The translations under genes and the position numbers were made by a program. Below are positions 53,470 through 56,921 of a DNA stretch of 56,921 nt, piece by piece. The notes below the pieces were generated by a model, which saw only the letters and a list, made by a program, of their open reading frames with translations, had not been told where the DNA came from and made no database searches. The stretch comes from a virus (lineage: Duplodnaviria; Caudoviricetes), in IMG/VR virus record IMGVR_UViG_3300037294_000251, positions 1-56,921 of that record; one strand, given 5' to 3'. Each line of letters starts with the position of its first letter. Within the stretch, counting starts at the first letter, position 1.

Positions 53470-55130
53470 AAATTCATTCCGTAGATCAAGGCACTCCAGA
53501 ATGGCAAGCGCTGCGCGCCAACCACTTCACCGCCTCCGAAGCGCCAGCCATGAAAGGTGCTTCTAAGCATCAGTCACGCAATGCACTACTGGCCTTGAAA
53601 AAGTCTGGTATTGCGCCGGAAGTCACGCCGTCGATGCAGATCATCTTCGACAAAGGGCATAAAGCCGAAGCGGCGGCACGGCCGATTATTGAGGCGCTAA
53701 TTGGCGAAGAGCTTTACCCGATTACCGGCTCAAGCGGCAATCTGCTGGCGTCGATGGATGGCGCCACAATGATGGTTGATACGCTCTTTGAGCATAAATT
53801 GTGGAATGCGGCGCTGGTCGAAAGCGTGAACGCTGGCGAGCTTGGCCCGCATTACTACTGGCAGCTTGAGCAGCAATTGCTTGTCAGTGGCGCGGAAAAG
53901 GTGATTTTCGTTTGCTCCGATGGCACTGCCGAAAACATGGTGCATATGGAATACCGCGCAGTTCCTGGCCGCGCCGAGCAGTTGCTTGACGGCTGGGCGC
54001 AGTTTGAGCAAGACCTTGCTGAATTTGTGCCGGAAGATGCTGCCCCGCTGGTGATTGGCAAGGCGCCGGACGAGTTGCCAGCGCTGCGCATTGAGCTGAC
54101 CGGCATGGTTACTGGCAGCAACTTGAAAGCCTTTGAAGCGTCAGCGCTGGCGGTGATTGGCTCGGTGAAAACCACGCTGACCACAGATCAAGACTTTGCC
54201 GACGCCAAGAAGGCCGTGAAGTGGTGCGGCGACGTTGAGTCGGCTGTAGCGCTGGCAAAAAAACAAGCGCTTGGCCAGACCGAATCAATCGAAGAGTTGT
54301 TTCGCTCACTTGATCGCATCAGCGCCAACGCCCGTGAAACGCGCCTGAAAGTCGACAAGATGGTCAAGGCGCAAGAACTGTCGATAAAGACTGAAATCAA
54401 ACAGGCTGGCGAATCAGCATTTACCGCCCACGTCACGGCCATCAATGCGCGCCTAGGTAGCGTGCAGCTACCAGCAATCACTGCTGACTTTGCCGGTGCA
54501 ATGAAGGGCAAAAGCAGCCTTTCGAGCATCCGCAACGCGGTAGATACCGAGCTGGCCCGCGCCAAGATCGAGGCCAACGCTACCACCGAGGCAATCGAGG
54601 TCAATCTGGCGTCACTGCGCGAATTAGCAAACAACCATCGCGGCCTGTTCGCAGATCGCCAGCAATTAGTACTCAAGGATAACGAAACGCTAGTGCTGCT
54701 GATTAATGCGCGAATTTCCGAGCATGAAAAGGCTGAGGCGGTGAAGGATGAGGCGCTACGCGAGGGAATCCGACTGGAGGAGCTGGCTAAGATTAAGCGG
54801 GAGCAAGACGCCAAGGTAGACGCAGACGCGGAAGCTGAGCGCATTGCTGCGCTGCCAGTGGTTGAACCGGTGCAGATAACGGCTGAGCCAGTAGCGGCGG
54901 CGCTTGAGCCTGCTGCGGCGCTGGAAGATATTGGCCTTGTTCGCTCGCCGGAGCCTGTATCAGTTGCTCGCGCTCCGACCCAAATCAAGATCGCCCCACT
55001 TGAACGAATCACTATTGTGATCGAGGGCGCAACAATGCCGGTCAATCTTGGCTTGCAAGTGCTTGGTGGTGTGATCGTCAGCGCGCACCTTGGCGATTAT
55101 TCGGACGCTATCGAGGCCGCAGCAGCATGA
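53466..55130 (+). CDS. YqaJ/lambda-exonuclease family protein with long coiled-coil extension
   Basis: QGT.EW...R...FTASEA, ASMDG, EHK, YYWQ..QQL. Confidence 0.9.
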   Translation: MKIHSVDQGTPEWQALRANHFTASEAPAMKGASKHQSRNALLALKKSGIAPEVTPSMQIIFDKGHKAEAAARPIIEALIGEELYPITGSSGNLLASMDGATMMVDTLFEHKLWNAALVESVNAGELGPHYYWQLEQQLLVSGAEKVIFVCSDGTAENMVHMEYRAVPGRAEQLLDGWAQFEQDLAEFVPEDAAPLVIGKAPDELPALRIELTGMVTGSNLKAFEASALAVIGSVKTTLTTDQDFADAKKAVKWCGDVESAVALAKKQALGQTESIEELFRSLDRISANARETRLKVDKMVKAQELSIKTEIKQAGESAFTAHVTAINARLGSVQLPAITADFAGAMKGKSSLSSIRNAVDTELARAKIEANATTEAIEVNLASLRELANNHRGLFADRQQLVLKDNETLVLLINARISEHEKAEAVKDEALREGIRLEELAKIKREQDAKVDADAEAERIAALPVVEPVQITAEPVAAALEPAAALEDIGLVRSPEPVSVARAPTQIKIAPLERITIVIEGATMPVNLGLQVLGGVIVSAHLGDYSDAIEAAAA

Positions 55131-55441
55131 TTACCGCCGCCCAACTCCAGCAATACGAAAGCGCCGGAATTGTGGCGGCAGCCCGCGCGCTAAAGCTGCA
55201 TACCTCAACGATTCACAGGCTCGCCCGCCAGCTTGGCGTCAAGTTCAAAGCCGATAACACGCTGGCTGAGCAGTACCGGCGCGAGCGTCAGCGTAAGGCG
55301 CTGGCCAGCAAGGTCCGCAAGCTAGCCTCCAAGTGCATGACGCAGGCCGATATGTGCCAAGAACTTGGAGTCAGCCGAAACACGCTCAGGCGCATAGGTC
55401 GCGAGCACCGGATAAACATCAACAGCCGGTCACTTTATTAA
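55127..55441 (+). CDS. Small HTH protein
   Basis: Two HTH-like segments (AARALKLHTSTIHR; MCQELGVSRNTLRR). Confidence 0.7.
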   Translation: MITAAQLQQYESAGIVAAARALKLHTSTIHRLARQLGVKFKADNTLAEQYRRERQRKALASKVRKLASKCMTQADMCQELGVSRNTLRRIGREHRININSRSLY

Positions 55442-55486
55442 CCACGGGGCGCACACAGCGCCCTTTTTCTTGCCCGAGAGTCAGCC

Positions 55487-55864
55487 ATGTACCAGAACCT
55501 AATCCAGCAGAAAGACCCTGAGCGTGCGCGCTTGGCGGCGCTAATGGCTGCCTTCCCAGCCCATAAAGTGCAGGTACTCGGAAGCCTTGACCGGCCTCCA
55601 ATCGAGCCGTCAAAGCACATCACTGATCATAGCTCTAGCGGCCATCGTGCAAGAGCAGCCAAGGCCAAGACGGCACGACTCGCCGCTCATGCGGTGCTGA
55701 TCGAGCGAGCCAAAGCAATGGCGGCCATCGGCCTGAGCGCTAAAGAGGCTCACCTTGCTTTGCGTGATGCAGGCTACGACCGACGCCATGTGTCGATTAA
55801 GTCGCTTGAAGTGCTGGGCACGCAAGAGGGTTTCGCGTTCGCCAATAAGGGCACTAAGAAGTGA
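55487..55864 (+). CDS. Hypothetical protein
   Basis: 125-aa ORF after a terminator-like hairpin. Confidence 0.65.
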   Translation: MYQNLIQQKDPERARLAALMAAFPAHKVQVLGSLDRPPIEPSKHITDHSSSGHRARAAKAKTARLAAHAVLIERAKAMAAIGLSAKEAHLALRDAGYDRRHVSIKSLEVLGTQEGFAFANKGTKK

Positions 55865-55931
55865 AGCGCCTAACCCGCGCCCTCGCGTCACGCCGCCGCA
55901 TTGCCCATCACGATCTACAGGACACCGCACC

Positions 55932-56243
55932 ATGCCTGCAAACGACCAGGAACGCAGCGCCAAGCGTAACGCCAAGCGCGCAATGCAAGGTGCCGAAGAG
56001 TTGCGCCTTGTCGCACTCGCCGGCACGCGGACAGCGCTTGCTGAGCTGATGCAGTGGCACGGCATCGAGCAGCAAGGCGAGGCCATGACGCTAATGATTC
56101 ACAACCTGCACGCAGCGGGTAGCGACGGATCAGCAGCAGCCTTTGCCGTGCCGCGCCACGAAATAAAGATCGAGCCATCTGTGGCGCGAAAACTTGAGAG
56201 CGAAGGCCGCCGACAAGCCGCACGCCTAGACCAAGACGAATAA
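55932..56243 (+). CDS. Conserved Pseudomonas-phage-type hypothetical protein
   Basis: AGGA RBS; EELRL...GTR.AL..LM.W.GIE...EAMTL.IH. Confidence 0.7.
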   Translation: MPANDQERSAKRNAKRAMQGAEELRLVALAGTRTALAELMQWHGIEQQGEAMTLMIHNLHAAGSDGSAAAFAVPRHEIKIEPSVARKLESEGRRQAARLDQDE

Positions 56244-56301
56244 CCCCATTCCATAGCCCGGCGCCAGCAGCGCGACGGGCTGCTATTGCCTGGAGAAAGC
56301 T

Positions 56302-56805
56302 ATGCAAAACGTACTTTATGCCGGCCTGCGCAACCCTGAGCGGGATCAACGCATCTACAACGCAGCGCTTGGCAAGCCAATCAAGGAGGCTGCTGAGTAT
56401 CTGGAGCTGACGCCCAGCACCGTGCGGGCCGCTGTTAGCCGTATCGCGAACCTCAGCACCTTCAGCCTAATGCTAGTGGGGGGGGGTAAGAGCTTGGCTG
56501 TCGGACCTGTTGCGGCGCGATCGTTCCTGCGCGGCCTGCAGATTCGCATTGGTGCCGGCGACAAGATCAATGACGTTGACCGGATCATCAAGACGCTCGA
56601 CGGCAAGCAGTTTAAAGCGCGTGAAACTGAGTACGCCATGAACACGGCATTCAATGACGGCGCAGTGTTCGAAGACGACTACTACCGCGCCAAGGCATTC
56701 AAGAACGGCAACCTGCACATTGAGTTTAAGCGCGCTGACTTGCTCGACGGGCTGAACGAGCAGATTGCCCTGTACTACGGAAACGCATTAGGTAAAGAAA
56801 AATGA
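56302..56805 (+). CDS. Chimeric protein: HTH-like N-terminus plus DUF4942-like C-terminal fragment
   Basis: GGAG RBS; C-terminal EDDYY....FKNGNLHIEFKR.DL...LN..IA..YG..L. Confidence 0.6.
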   Translation: MQNVLYAGLRNPERDQRIYNAALGKPIKEAAEYLELTPSTVRAAVSRIANLSTFSLMLVGGGKSLAVGPVAARSFLRGLQIRIGAGDKINDVDRIIKTLDGKQFKARETEYAMNTAFNDGAVFEDDYYRAKAFKNGNLHIEFKRADLLDGLNEQIALYYGNALGKEK

Positions 56806-56921
56806 CATATGACCGCAGGCAGCAGCTCGACAGCGAGCCAGATACAAGCCCGGAAGACGAGCTTTTCAAATACGCCGGCAGATTTCTGGTGCTGGTATCC
56901 GCAGTAATTATGGTGGCTGGA
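56795..56921. repeat. Terminal direct repeat, copy 2
   Basis: Identical to 1-127. Confidence 0.95.

Noticed and set aside
54188-55045. 285-aa minus-strand ORF
   Set aside because: Ser/Ala-rich antisense shadow of the exonuclease coiled coil
56795-56921. 127-bp terminal repeat as a biological DTR or att core
   Set aside because: Length equals a common assembler k-mer and it cuts through a coding region; best explained as circular overlap

Overview
The window is an apparently complete, circularly assembled genome (about 56.8 kb; 127-bp identical ends) of a temperate-type tailed phage, most likely a Pseudomonas podovirus-like phage (host and morphology inferred). It has a lambdoid control region (cI/cro/cII, five related 17-bp operators, pL/pR, boxA), O-like initiator and DnaB, Bet/YqaJ recombination, TerS/TerL/portal/scaffold/capsid, a holin/SAR-endolysin/Rz-Rz1 cassette, tail genes, and a 3031-aa polyvalent (LPD/ART/peptidase/nuclease-like) protein probably carried in the virion. 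The strongest finding is an anti-CRISPR-type operon at 40422-40918: a promoter with an overlapping palindromic operator, a 71-aa very acidic ORF that I cannot match to any Acr I remember, and a clear Aca1 homolog. Other points: a 4-copy late-promoter motif (TGTAGGGTTCGC-N19-xAxxxT), an integrase cut off and fused to an antirepressor fragment, a Zn-finger plus membrane coiled-coil gene pair at the rexAB position, a frameshifted TAXI solute-binding gene, a highly structured non-coding region in the pL operon, and several gene remnants. All family assignments come from motif recognition by eye; no database searches were run.
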